A DNA stretch of 64,000 nucleotides from a virus (lineage: Duplodnaviria; Caudoviricetes): IMG/VR virus record IMGVR_UViG_3300027782_000046, positions 49,679 to 113,678 of that record, one strand, 5' to 3'. The translations under genes were made by a program, and so were the position numbers. The notes below the pieces were generated by a model. The model made no database searches and was not told the DNA's origin. It saw nothing but the letters and a program-made list of their open reading frames with translations. Numbering within the stretch: the stretch's first letter is position 1; the number at the start of each line of letters is the position of its first letter. This document shows positions 1-10,445 of the stretch, piece after piece.

Positions 1-2
1 CC

Positions 3-3000
3 AATATTGCAAATGTAGTACTTGGCGTTGTGGCCGCATCAACCACATCTGGATTTGCAAATTCATCTGGTTTTTCTAATGTATCCGGTTATGCTAATGT
101 ATCGGGATACGCAAATTCATCTGGTTTTGCCAATGTATCGGGATACGCAAATACAACAGGATTTGCCAATGTAGCTTCCATTGCTAATATAGCTGCCATT
201 GCCAATGTATCTGGATATGCTAATGTATCGGGATTTGCTAATATAGCTGCCATTGCTAATGTATCGGGATTTGCTAATGTATCTGGGTATGCAAATGTAG
301 CAAATCTAGCAAACTATGCTAATGTTGCCGAATTTGCGAATTCTACTAATTATACAAATGTTGCCAACTATGCAACATATGCATTAATATCTACGTTAAC
401 AAATTTTGCCAATTCTGCAATTTTTGCTAACAATGCCGGATATGCTAATGTATCAGGATTTGCAAACACATCATTAGTCTCAAATAATAGTTATTACACG
501 TTATTGGCAGAAGTTGCTTATATATCAAATTCTTCAAATATAGCACTTAGATCCAATTTTGCAAATACTACAGGTTTTGCTAATACATCAACATTTGCAA
601 ACACGGCAACATTCGCTAACACAACAAGTTTTGCCAATGTGGCAGCAGTTGCAAATACAGCAACATTCGCTAATACAACAAATTTTGCCAATGTGGCAGC
701 AGTTGCAAACACATCAATATTTGCCAATGTAGCAACATTTGCCAATACAACGGGATTCGCTAATACAACAAGTTTTGCTAATTTGGCTGCTGTTGCCAAT
801 GTAGCAACATTTGCTAACATTGCAGATTCGGCAAACTTTTCAGGTTTAGCAAGTATAGCAAATATAGCAATATCTGCTAATTTTTCAACTAATTCCGGTT
901 CCGCAAACACATCTGGGTTTGCTAATATATCAGGTTCAGCCAATGTAGCAACCTTTGCTAACACTGCAAGTTTTGCCAATACATCCGGTTTTGCTAATAT
1001 ATCGGGCTCGGCAAATGTATCAACCTTTGCCAACACTGCCGGGTTTGCAAATACAGCAACAGTTGCTAATACAGCAATTTTTGCTAACACTGCAGGGTTT
1101 GCAAATACAGCAACATTTGCCAATACAGCAATTTTTGCTAACACCGCAAATATTGCAAATCTAGTTATATCCATTGCTAATTTTACAACTTCAAATTTGG
1201 CAGAAGGTTCTAATTTATATTATACAAATGCTAGAGTTATTTCTGCAGTTACCGGAACAGCATTAAGTAATGTAACAGTAACAGGAAATGTAGTTGCTGG
1301 TAATGTTAGAGCTGGATATTTTATTGGTGACGGATCATTATTAACAAATATTGTTGCTAATATTAATTCTGTTACAGGTAATTTAACAGTAACGGGCAAT
1401 ATAATTGCCAACTCAATGGTAGTTGGTGCAGGCACGGGCGGTGTTATCACTGGTGCAAATTTAATACAAACAAATTACATTAGTGCTAATATATGGCAAG
1501 GTCTTTATACTGCAAATGTCATTGAATCTGCAAGTAATTTATACTACACAAATGCAAGAGTATATGCAAATGTATTGCCATTATTGGCAACTAAGGCAAA
1601 TGTATCGGATTTAACAACGGCAAATGTAATTGAATCTACTTCAAATTTATATTTTACAAATACAAGAGCAGTTAATGCAATAACAAATACTGCATTAAGT
1701 AATGTAACAGTAACAGGAAATGTAGTTGCTGGTAATGTTAGAGCTGGATATTTTATTGGTGACGGATCACAATTAGCAAACATCAATTCAATTACAGGCA
1801 ATTTAACTGTTTCCGGCAATATAATTGCAAATACAATTATTGTTGGTTCGGCAGCCGGCGGTAGTTTAACCGGTGCAAATTTATTACAAGCAGCATATAT
1901 TGTTGGAAATGTATGGCAAGGAATTTATACTGCCAATGTAATTGAATCTACGGGCAATCTATATTTTACTAATGCAAGAGTATTTGCCAACTTATCTCAA
2001 GCAAGCATAAATGCACTTGCAGACGTTGATACAGTAACCGCAGTACCAACAATAGGTCAAGGCCTAATTTGGAATGGTACTATTTGGGCACCTGCATCAA
2101 TAACTGTTTCGGGTACAGAAACATCAAATATTGCTAATGTAGTATTATCGACAGCCAATTTTACAACGGCAAATATACGAGAGGCTTCAAGTAATTTATA
2201 TTATACTAATGCGAGAGTTTATGCAAATGTATTACCATTATTAGCAACTAAAGCTAATGTATCTGATTTAACAACTGCAAATATATTTGAATTAGGTGAT
2301 ACTACAACAGGTAACGTATTCTTCTCTAATGCAAGAGCAAGAAACTCTATTAGCGCAGCTGATGGTACAATTATATACGATCCAATTGCAGGTACAATTA
2401 GAGCAACTGCAAATGTTACTGCAACTATTAGTGCAACTATTGATGGTTTAAATACTGGTAATGTATCGGAAAATGCTGCTTCGGGCAATCTGTATTATAC
2501 GAACGCAAGAGTATATTCTAATGTTATTCAATTATTGAGTAGCTTAGGATTGGCCGCGGGTGTTAATTTTACTACAGATCAAATACCAGAAGCAAGCAAT
2601 TTATATTATACTAATACAAGAGTATATGCGAATGTTGCTCCGTTATTAGCAAATAAAGCAAATGTAACAGATTTGACAACGGCAAATGTTGTTGAATTTA
2701 ATAATCTATATTACACAAATGCAAGAGCCAGATTAGCAATATCTGAAGGTACGGGCGTATCTTACAATAATACGACGGGTGTAATATCAATTGGACAAAA
2801 TGTTGCTACAACGGCAAATGTTCAATTCAATGGTTTACGAGTAGATGGAAATGCTACTTTCTACGGCACTGCAACATTCTATGGTAATGTAACAACTCAT
2901 ACATCAAATAACTTGTCCGTATCGGACAATATGATTTATTTGAATGCAGGTTCGGAAACATCTAATCCTGATTTAGGATTTGCTGGTAATTATAATGATG

Positions 3001-6000
3001 GTGTTTATCATCACGCAGGTTTCTTTAGAGATGCTTCAGATTCTGGCACATGGAAAGTATTTGAAAATTATTCCCCAGAACCAGATGCTAATATCTTTAT
3101 TGATACAAGTCATGCATCGTTTAGACTTGCAAATCTTGCAGCAAATTATTTCGTTGGAGATGGTTCAAGATTAACTAATATTGTTTTACCTACAGGAACA
3201 TTAAATTCCATAACAGGTAATTTAAATGTAAATGGTAACGTAATTGCAAATTCGTTTGTTGCTACAGCGCCGGGAGCTGGAACATTATCTTCGACTTCTG
3301 ATCTAGCATTAATAGCAACAGGTAATTTAAATCTTACTGCAAGTAATATTAATTTAAATTCAAATGTATTTGTTGGCGGAAATTTAAGAGCAAATTATTT
3401 TGTTGGTAATGGTGCATTATTAACCGGAATTGTTACATCAATCAATTCTGTAAATGGAAATCTAAATGTAACTGGTAACGTAATTGCCAACGCATTTGTA
3501 TCCACTTCAACTGGCGTAGGTATATTATCATCTACATCTGATTTAGTATTATCTGCATCATCTAATGTAAATATTAACGCAAGTAATATTAATCTAAATT
3601 CGAACGTATTTACTACTGGTAATATAACTGCAAATTATTTCAAAGGTAATGGTGCATTATTAACAGGTATTGTTACCACAATCAATTCAGTTGTTGGTAA
3701 TCTAACAGTTACAGGAAATGTAATTGCTAATGCGTTTGTAGCAACTGCTCCCGGAACAGGAACATTATCCTCTACCTCAGATTTAGCATTGACTGCTGCA
3801 GGTAATTTAAATCTTACTGCAAGTAATATTAATCTAAATTCGAACGTATTTACTACTGGTAATATAACTGCAAATTATTTCAAAGGTAACGGTGCACTAT
3901 TAACTGGTATAGTATTACCAGCAGGTACATTAAATTCTGTAACGGGTAACTTGAATGTTTCTGGTAACGTAATTGCCAACGCAATCTATACTGGCGCAGT
4001 AATTAATACAGGCAATGCCTCGGCCGCATATTTTATAGGCGATGGTTCTAGATTAACTAATATATCTGTAAATTCTGTAACAGGTAACTTGAATGTTGCT
4101 GGTAATGTAGTTGCTAATGGATTTGTTTCTATAGCTCTTGGTGCAGCAATATTATCATCTACCAATGATTTATTAATTAATGCCGCAAGTAATGTAAATA
4201 TCACCTCAAGCAGTATTAATTTAAATTCAAATATATTTGCAACAGGAAATATAAGCGCTACCTACTTTAAAGGCAATGGCGCGCTATTAACAGGTATTGT
4301 TACTACAATTAACTCTGTTGCCGGAAATCTAAATGTAACTGGTAACGTAATTGCCAACGCAATTTATACTGGCGCAGTAATTAATACGGGAAATGCCTCG
4401 GCTGGGTATTTCATTGGCAATACAGTTGCAACAACAGTTGTCTCAACCGGCAACATTACAACAAATGCATATTTTGTTGGGGATGGTTCTAGATTATCTA
4501 ATATTACTTTACCTGCAGGTACATTAAATTCTATAACAGGTAACTTGAATGTTTCCGGCAATGTAATTGCAAATGGATTTGTTTCTACAGCTCTTGGGGC
4601 AGCAATATTATCATCTACAAATGATCTTTTATTGAATGCAACATCAAATGTATCCATTACTGCAAGCAGTATTAATTTAAATTCAAATGTATTTGCATCT
4701 GGTAATATAACCGCAAATTATTTTAAAGGTAACGGCTCGTTATTAACAGGTATTGTTACTACAATTAATTCTGTAACAGGTAATTTAACTGTATCTGGTA
4801 ATGTAATTGCCAATGCAATATACACCGCAGCAGTAATTAATACCGGTAATGCCTCGGCCGCATATTTTATAGGTAACGGCTCGTTATTAACAGGTATTGT
4901 TACTACAATTAATTCCGTAAATGGTAATTTAAATGTAACAGGTAATGTAATTGCCAACGCATTTGTATCTACATCAACTGGCGTAGGTATATTATCATCA
5001 ACATCTGATCTGTTATTGAATGCAGTAAGTAATGTAAATATTACAGCATCCAATATTAATTTAAATTCTAATATATTTGCTACAGGGAATGTAAGTGCAA
5101 ACTACTTCAAAGGTAATGGCGCATTATTAACTGGTATAGTATTACCAGCAGGTGCATTAAATTCTGTTACAGGTAATTTAAATGTAAGTGGAAATATAAT
5201 TGCAGGCGCTGCAATTATTGCAGCAGGAAATATTACTGCAAATACAATAAATTTAACTGGTACGGGCAGTGCATTATTATCATCGACTTCGGATATAGTA
5301 ATAACTACAAGTGCAAATGCAAGCATAACTGCTGCAAATATTAATTTAAATTCTAATATATTTGCTACAGGGAATGTAAGTGCAAACTACTTCAAAGGCA
5401 ATGGTGCATTATTAACTGGTATTGTTACTACAATTAATTCCGTTTCAGGTAATTTAAATGTTACAGGTAACGTAATTGCTAATGCGTTTATTTCAAGCAC
5501 AACAGGTGCCGGATTAATATATTCTTCTACAGACTTTAATATTAATTCTGCATCAAATATTAGCATCACCGCAAGTAATGTAAATCTTAACTCTAATGTA
5601 TTTACTACAGGAAATGTTAAGGCAGCATATTTTATCGGCAGTGGAGCATTCTTAACAAATATTACTCTGCCTGCAGGAACATTAAATTCTGTAACAGGCA
5701 ATTTAAATGTTTCGGGTAACGTAATTGCCGCAGGTATTTTTGCAAATACATGGCAAGGCATTTATACTGCAAATGTAATTGAATCAGCATCTAATTTATA
5801 TTATACTAATACAAGAGTATATTCAAATATAATTCAATTATTGCCAACATTGGCAGGCCAAAATATTAATATTGCGGCAAATGGTCAAATTAGTGCAAAT
5901 ATATCCGCGTTAACGGGTAATATTGCAGTAAATGGTAATTTATTAGTTACTAATTATATTACTGCTAATGGTTTAATTATTAGAGGAACAGAATTAGTAA

Positions 6001-6461
6001 CTGGTGCATCTGGCGCATTAACAATATCTGCATCAAATGTTTATGCTGGAAATATATCCGCAAATGTTTGGAACAACATATATACTGCAAATGTAGTTGA
6101 AACTGGCGCAAATCTGTATTTTACAAATACAAGAGTAATTGCAGCATTAAGTGCAGGTGATGGTATAACTCTTGCATCGAATGGTTTAATTTCTGGCGGT
6201 GTTCACACAATTATTGACGCACAATATTTTAATGGCGGCAATGCAAACATTATGATGGCGTCCGCAGTTGCAGATGCAAAACGTATTATAGTTAACATAG
6301 ATGGTGTTACACAAATACCTACTCTGGATTATTCTGTTAATGGAACAACATTAATATTAAGTTCAATACCTGCAACAAATTCTATAGTTGAAGTTAAATA
6401 CTTCGGCAATGAAGCAATAACAACATTATCATTCAATCCTTTCTTATTTGCTGGTCTGTGA
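3..6461 (+). CDS. Giant repetitive tail-fibre/virion fibre protein 1, 5'-truncated by the window edge
   Basis: The frame is open from position 3 (NIANVVLGVVAAS...), so the real start lies upstream. It has ~380 aa of AN-x-x-x-(F/Y) hexapeptide repeats, TTANVxExxxNLYYTNARV repeats and GNLNVSGNVIAN/YFKGNGALLTGI repeats. The C-terminus has a VNIDGVTQIPxxDYSVNGTTL domain and ends FNPFLFAGL. Confidence 0.75.
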   Translation, partial: NIANVVLGVVAASTTSGFANSSGFSNVSGYANVSGYANSSGFANVSGYANTTGFANVASIANIAAIANVSGYANVSGFANIAAIANVSGFANVSGYANVANLANYANVAEFANSTNYTNVANYATYALISTLTNFANSAIFANNAGYANVSGFANTSLVSNNSYYTLLAEVAYISNSSNIALRSNFANTTGFANTSTFANTATFANTTSFANVAAVANTATFANTTNFANVAAVANTSIFANVATFANTTGFANTTSFANLAAVANVATFANIADSANFSGLASIANIAISANFSTNSGSANTSGFANISGSANVATFANTASFANTSGFANISGSANVSTFANTAGFANTATVANTAIFANTAGFANTATFANTAIFANTANIANLVISIANFTTSNLAEGSNLYYTNARVISAVTGTALSNVTVTGNVVAGNVRAGYFIGDGSLLTNIVANINSVTGNLTVTGNIIANSMVVGAGTGGVITGANLIQTNYISANIWQGLYTANVIESASNLYYTNARVYANVLPLLATKANVSDLTTANVIESTSNLYFTNTRAVNAITNTALSNVTVTGNVVAGNVRAGYFIGDGSQLANINSITGNLTVSGNIIANTIIVGSAAGGSLTGANLLQAAYIVGNVWQGIYTANVIESTGNLYFTNARVFANLSQASINALADVDTVTAVPTIGQGLIWNGTIWAPASITVSGTETSNIANVVLSTANFTTANIREASSNLYYTNARVYANVLPLLATKANVSDLTTANIFELGDTTTGNVFFSNARARNSISAADGTIIYDPIAGTIRATANVTATISATIDGLNTGNVSENAASGNLYYTNARVYSNVIQLLSSLGLAAGVNFTTDQIPEASNLYYTNTRVYANVAPLLANKANVTDLTTANVVEFNNLYYTNARARLAISEGTGVSYNNTTGVISIGQNVATTANVQFNGLRVDGNATFYGTATFYGNVTTHTSNNLSVSDNMIYLNAGSETSNPDLGFAGNYNDGVYHHAGFFRDASDSGTWKVFENYSPEPDANIFIDTSHASFRLANLAANYFVGDGSRLTNIVLPTGTLNSITGNLNVNGNVIANSFVATAPGAGTLSSTSDLALIATGNLNLTASNINLNSNVFVGGNLRANYFVGNGALLTGIVTSINSVNGNLNVTGNVIANAFVSTSTGVGILSSTSDLVLSASSNVNINASNINLNSNVFTTGNITANYFKGNGALLTGIVTTINSVVGNLTVTGNVIANAFVATAPGTGTLSSTSDLALTAAGNLNLTASNINLNSNVFTTGNITANYFKGNGALLTGIVLPAGTLNSVTGNLNVSGNVIANAIYTGAVINTGNASAAYFIGDGSRLTNISVNSVTGNLNVAGNVVANGFVSIALGAAILSSTNDLLINAASNVNITSSSINLNSNIFATGNISATYFKGNGALLTGIVTTINSVAGNLNVTGNVIANAIYTGAVINTGNASAGYFIGNTVATTVVSTGNITTNAYFVGDGSRLSNITLPAGTLNSITGNLNVSGNVIANGFVSTALGAAILSSTNDLLLNATSNVSITASSINLNSNVFASGNITANYFKGNGSLLTGIVTTINSVTGNLTVSGNVIANAIYTAAVINTGNASAAYFIGNGSLLTGIVTTINSVNGNLNVTGNVIANAFVSTSTGVGILSSTSDLLLNAVSNVNITASNINLNSNIFATGNVSANYFKGNGALLTGIVLPAGALNSVTGNLNVSGNIIAGAAIIAAGNITANTINLTGTGSALLSSTSDIVITTSANASITAANINLNSNIFATGNVSANYFKGNGALLTGIVTTINSVSGNLNVTGNVIANAFISSTTGAGLIYSSTDFNINSASNISITASNVNLNSNVFTTGNVKAAYFIGSGAFLTNITLPAGTLNSVTGNLNVSGNVIAAGIFANTWQGIYTANVIESASNLYYTNTRVYSNIIQLLPTLAGQNINIAANGQISANISALTGNIAVNGNLLVTNYITANGLIIRGTELVTGASGALTISASNVYAGNISANVWNNIYTANVVETGANLYFTNTRVIAALSAGDGITLASNGLISGGVHTIIDAQYFNGGNANIMMASAVADAKRIIVNIDGVTQIPTLDYSVNGTTLILSSIPATNSIVEVKYFGNEAITTLSFNPFLFAGL

Positions 6462-6470
6462 GAGTAAAAT

Positions 6471-7535
6471 ATGGCGTTAAATTTTAAAGTATTGGGGCAA
6501 TCAACAAGCCTTTCTGGAAATTCAAATATCATTTTATATGGAGTACCTTACTATACAAGTACGGTAGTATCCACATTAAATGTTTGTAATTATGGTTCGG
6601 GTCCTGCAACATTTGATGTTGCATTTAGAAAAGGCGGCGCGAATTTAACAAGCAAGCATTATTTCTCATATAGAACACCAATTGCTGCATATGAATCTAT
6701 AGGTATTACTGCAGGAATTACTTTGGATCAAGCAGATCTTGTAGTAGTATCTGCAAATACCTCAAATGTTAGTTTCAATTTATTTGGTACAGAAAGCTTT
6801 GCTGGCGGCGGATCGGTGTTCCCAACCATGGAATATTTAATTGTTGCAGGTGGTGGCAATGGAGGCGGTGGTAGTACCGCAGGTGGCGGCGGAGGTGGCG
6901 GCTTTAGATTTGGTAGTTTAAATACTCCAATGACAGGAGCCGCTACTTATACAATTACCGTTGGGGCTGGTGGTACAAACGCATCAAGTATTGATGGCGG
7001 ATATCTTGTTTCAAAAGTAGAATCTGCAGGCGGCGGCGCAGCAGGTCAAAATGGAGGCTCGGGTGGCGGTAACGGTGGTCTTGGTAATGTACCAGCAACA
7101 ACTCCTAGACAAGGATATGACGGAGGAATAGCATTTAACGGTTCATCTGGCGGTGGCGGCGGTGCAGGCGCAGCAGGCTCTGGACTTAATGGCGGTGTTG
7201 GAGAATATTCAAGTATAACTGGTACTTCATTGCCTTATTCTGGCGGCGGCGGAGGTTCTTATTCCGGCGGCCAAGGCGGTAACGGCGGTGACGGCGGCGG
7301 TGGCTTAGGTGTTGGTTTTAATTATGGCGGCGCTGGATATTTAGGAAACGGCGTCAACGGAGGAACAAATACTGGAGGCGGTGGAGGTGGTTCCGGTTCT
7401 GGTGGTTCTGGTGTTGTTATAATACGATATTCAAATACATTACCTGCAGCAACTAGTACAGGAAGCCCAACAATAACATCTGCCAACGGATATCAAATAT
7501 ATAAGTTTACATCATCTGGCACATTGACGGTGTAA
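6471..7535 (+). CDS. KVLGQ adaptor-like domain fused to a glycine-rich domain (array member)
   Basis: The N-terminal ~110 aa are homologous to 17211 and 18795 (KVLGQ...FNLFGxE). Then EYLIVAGGG...GGSGVVIIRY...YKFTSSGTLTV. Confidence 0.8.
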   Translation: MALNFKVLGQSTSLSGNSNIILYGVPYYTSTVVSTLNVCNYGSGPATFDVAFRKGGANLTSKHYFSYRTPIAAYESIGITAGITLDQADLVVVSANTSNVSFNLFGTESFAGGGSVFPTMEYLIVAGGGNGGGGSTAGGGGGGGFRFGSLNTPMTGAATYTITVGAGGTNASSIDGGYLVSKVESAGGGAAGQNGGSGGGNGGLGNVPATTPRQGYDGGIAFNGSSGGGGGAGAAGSGLNGGVGEYSSITGTSLPYSGGGGGSYSGGQGGNGGDGGGGLGVGFNYGGAGYLGNGVNGGTNTGGGGGGSGSGGSGVVIIRYSNTLPAATSTGSPTITSANGYQIYKFTSSGTLTV

Positions 7536-7541
7536 ACAATT

Positions 7542-7755
7542 ATGACGTTCTCATTTCAAAATTTTAATTGGAACGGCGGTTTTAGAATTTATACGAATGC
7601 GATATCTTCTGTTGAATATCTGCTTGTTGCTGGCGGTGGATCTGGCGGAGTAAATAGTAATCAGGGCGGCGGTGCCGGTGGTATGCAGGCCAATACTGCT
7701 TCTGTGTCCATAGGTACTATATACATTTAAGAGTTCTGGTACAATAACATTCTAA
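7542..7755 (+). pseudogene. Internally deleted, frameshifted glycine-rich array member
   Basis: It starts like its paralogs (MTFSFQNF...VEYLLVAGGG) and stops at 7730. The family C-terminus YTFKSSGTITF* survives in the +1 frame at 7720-7755. Confidence 0.8.
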
Positions 7756-7761
7756 AATAAT

Positions 7762-8592
7762 ATGACTTTCTCGTTTCAAAATCTTAGTTATACAGGAAAT
7801 TTCACATTTTTACCTGGTCCAATACCACCTCCAATAATTGATTATTTGGTTGTTGCTGGAGGTGGAGGCGGGGGCGGCACTAGCAATGACGGTAACGGCG
7901 GCGGAGGTGGCGCCGGCGGGTTTGTAATGGGGACAACGGCAGTTACTTCAGGATACACATTAAATATTTCAATAGGTGCAGGCGGCGCCGTTGCTGCAAA
8001 CGGTGTTGATTCAACTTTACAATTATCTGGATCATTGACTATTACTTCATTAGGTGGCGGCGGCGGTCAACAATATGGCATTGGTAATAGTGGTGGATCG
8101 GGTGCTGGAACGTCAAGGGTTGCAGATCGCGGCGGCTATGGATTACAACCAGCAAGTGCCAGTGGCGGCTATGGTAACGATGGTGGTGCTTCCAGTAGCG
8201 GATACTATGTTACTGGCGGCGGTGGTGCCGGTGCTGCTGGATCAGGATATCCTGGCGCAGGCGGCGCTGGTAAAGAATGGCCGGTTGGTTCTGGAACATA
8301 CTATGCAGGTGGTGGCGCCAGCTGGTATGCAATGGGTGGGACAGGCGGAGGCGGTAACGGAGCTCTTCAAGTTGGTAATAACACTGGCCAAAACGGCGTA
8401 GCAAATACTGGCGGCGGCGGTAGCGTAGGCACAAATAACGGGGCTGAGGGCCGCGGCGGATCTGGTGTTGTTATCATTCAATATCTTGAGGGATACCCGC
8501 CCGCCGCAAATACAACTGGTTCACCTACAATAACTGTTTCTGGCGGATATAGAACATATAAATTTACAAGTACCGGTACAATAACATTCTAA
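7762..8592 (+). CDS. Glycine-rich domain virion protein (array member, tagged)
   Basis: MTFSFQNL tag; DYLVVAGGG; GGSGVVIIQY; YKFTSTGTITF*. Confidence 0.85.
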   Translation: MTFSFQNLSYTGNFTFLPGPIPPPIIDYLVVAGGGGGGGTSNDGNGGGGGAGGFVMGTTAVTSGYTLNISIGAGGAVAANGVDSTLQLSGSLTITSLGGGGGQQYGIGNSGGSGAGTSRVADRGGYGLQPASASGGYGNDGGASSSGYYVTGGGGAGAAGSGYPGAGGAGKEWPVGSGTYYAGGGASWYAMGGTGGGGNGALQVGNNTGQNGVANTGGGGSVGTNNGAEGRGGSGVVIIQYLEGYPPAANTTGSPTITVSGGYRTYKFTSTGTITF

Positions 8593-8599
8593 AATAATT

Positions 8600-9505
8600 A
8601 TGCCCATTTCTTTTCAAAATATTAACTATCAAGGCAATTTTACTTTTACAACTGGGCCATCACAGGTATCCAGCCCGTCAACTGTAGAATACTTAGTTAT
8701 AGCCGGCGGTGGCGGTGGAGGTGGCGGCACAACTAGTCCCGGCGGGTCGGGCGGCGGCGCCGGCGGTTATAGAACAGCTACTGGATTTTCTGTTACTCCA
8801 GGGGCAAACATAGTAATTACTGTTGGATCTGGCGGTACTGCTGGAACAGGAACATCGCCAATTGCGACTAAAGGAAGTGATTCAATATTTAGTACTATTA
8901 CTTCTACAGGCGGTGGAGCCGGCCAACATTATAATCAAACATTCAATTCTGCAATACATAGTGGTGGCTCCGGCGGCGGCGCATTTTGGAATTTTGGAAC
9001 AGCTGGAACTGGTAATACACCTAGTACAAGCCCAAGTCAAGGAAACGACGGTGGCCCAGCAGGCGGCGGTGGCGCAACTCAGGCAAGTTCTGGCGGCGGA
9101 GGAAGTAGCGCAGTAGGTGGGCAATCTACTGGGTCGGCCGGTGGAGCTGGAGGTAATGGTACTGCATCCTCAATTTCTGGTACTTCCACTACATACGCTG
9201 GCGGCGGTGGCGGCGGTGCAGGCATTAATAGCACGTTAGGTGCCGGTGGTTCTGGAGGCGGCGGCAGCGGTGGGGCCACCTACGGCAATGGATCGGACGG
9301 ATCCACTAATACCGGAGGCGGTGGTGGCGGTGCAGGCGAAGAACAAAATGGTACTCGTACTGGAGGCAATGGTGGTTCGGGTATTGTAATTATACGTTAT
9401 GCAGATTCTTATGCGGCAGCGACAACAACAGGATCTCCTAACGTAACAGTTGCCGGTGGTTATAGAGTATATAAATTTACAAATTCCGGCTCAATAATTT
9501 TCTAA
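8600..9505 (+). CDS. Glycine-rich domain virion protein (array member, tagged)
   Basis: MPISFQNI tag; VEYLVIAGGG; GGSGIVIIRY; YKFTNSGSIIF*. Confidence 0.85.
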   Translation: MPISFQNINYQGNFTFTTGPSQVSSPSTVEYLVIAGGGGGGGGTTSPGGSGGGAGGYRTATGFSVTPGANIVITVGSGGTAGTGTSPIATKGSDSIFSTITSTGGGAGQHYNQTFNSAIHSGGSGGGAFWNFGTAGTGNTPSTSPSQGNDGGPAGGGGATQASSGGGGSSAVGGQSTGSAGGAGGNGTASSISGTSTTYAGGGGGGAGINSTLGAGGSGGGGSGGATYGNGSDGSTNTGGGGGGAGEEQNGTRTGGNGGSGIVIIRYADSYAAATTTGSPNVTVAGGYRVYKFTNSGSIIF

Positions 9506-9506
9506 A

Positions 9507-10427
9507 ATGATTACGTTCAATAATATTTCCTCTTCAGGTAGTTTTAATTTTAATGTTACTACATTAGGGCCAACTGCCCCTTCGTCTGTAGACTATTTGG
9601 TCGTAGCAGGTGGCGGGCCCGGCGGATATGGAATACAAAACTATTCTATTGGTGCAGGTGGCGGCGCAGGTGGACTATTACAAGCAACCGGGGCAGCTAT
9701 AACTCCAAGTGTAACTTATACAATTACTATTGGCGCGGGTGGCGCGCAAAGTTCTTGGACCAATGGATCAAATTCTGTTATTTCAGGATCGGGATTTACA
9801 ACTGTTACAGCTGTTGGCGGCGGAAAAGGAGCAGATTCTCGCAATTATAATGTGCCTGCTGGCAACGGAGGAAGCGGCGGCGGAGGGGCAACTCTTATAG
9901 GCAGTTCAACTGGTAAAGGTATATATCCAGGTTCAACGTATATAGATGCAGCCAGACAAGGTTATGATGGAGGTAATAATGGAACAAATGGATATCCTTA
10001 TCCTACAGCAGGTGGCGGTGGTGCCGGTGGCGATGGATTAAATGGTTCTGGGTCCTCGGGCGGAACGGGCGGCCCTGGTTTATATTCTACAATATCTGGT
10101 TCAAATGTTGCTTACGCTGGCGGCGGTGGTGGATCAGTAGTTCAAGGTTCGGGTTATCTAAGTACCGGCGGTATTGGTGGTGGCGGCCGAGGCGGCTCAC
10201 CCGGCCTTGCTGAGGCAGGTACTATAAATACAGGCGGAGGCGGCGGTGCCGGTGGCGGTACAGTATCTTCTCCTGCAGCTGGTGGGGATGGAGGTTCGGG
10301 TATTATAATTATACGATATGCTGATTCTTATAATGCTGCTTCAAATACAACAGGTTCTCCAAACGTAACAGTGGCGGGTGGTTACCGAATATACAAGTTC
10401 ACAAGTTCTGGTTCAATAACTTTCTAA
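9507..10427 (+). CDS. Glycine-rich domain virion protein (array member, tagged)
   Basis: MITFNNI tag; same conserved blocks as its paralogs. Confidence 0.85.
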   Translation: MITFNNISSSGSFNFNVTTLGPTAPSSVDYLVVAGGGPGGYGIQNYSIGAGGGAGGLLQATGAAITPSVTYTITIGAGGAQSSWTNGSNSVISGSGFTTVTAVGGGKGADSRNYNVPAGNGGSGGGGATLIGSSTGKGIYPGSTYIDAARQGYDGGNNGTNGYPYPTAGGGGAGGDGLNGSGSSGGTGGPGLYSTISGSNVAYAGGGGGSVVQGSGYLSTGGIGGGGRGGSPGLAEAGTINTGGGGGAGGGTVSSPAAGGDGGSGIIIIRYADSYNAASNTTGSPNVTVAGGYRIYKFTSSGSITF

Positions 10428-10445
10428 ATAAAAATGTTTACTTTT
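10390..10445 (+). repeat. 56-bp perfect direct repeat spanning a stop-spacer-start junction (second copy 11314-11369)
   Basis: TATACAAGTTCACAAGTTCTGGTTCAATAACTTTCTAAATAAAAATGTTTACTTTT at both sites. A 46-bp overlapping match also links 11334-11379 with 24278-24323. Confidence 0.9.

Noticed and set aside
3-1180. Non-coding tandem DNA repeat
   Set aside because: The 18-bp periodicity is degenerate at third codon positions and lies in one open frame, so it is a protein repeat.
10424-10433. CTAAATA at array junctions as internal late promoters
   Set aside because: It is formed by the TTC-TAA gene end plus an A-rich spacer and sits only a few nt from the ATG. It is present at only some junctions, so it cannot be separated from repeat homogenisation.
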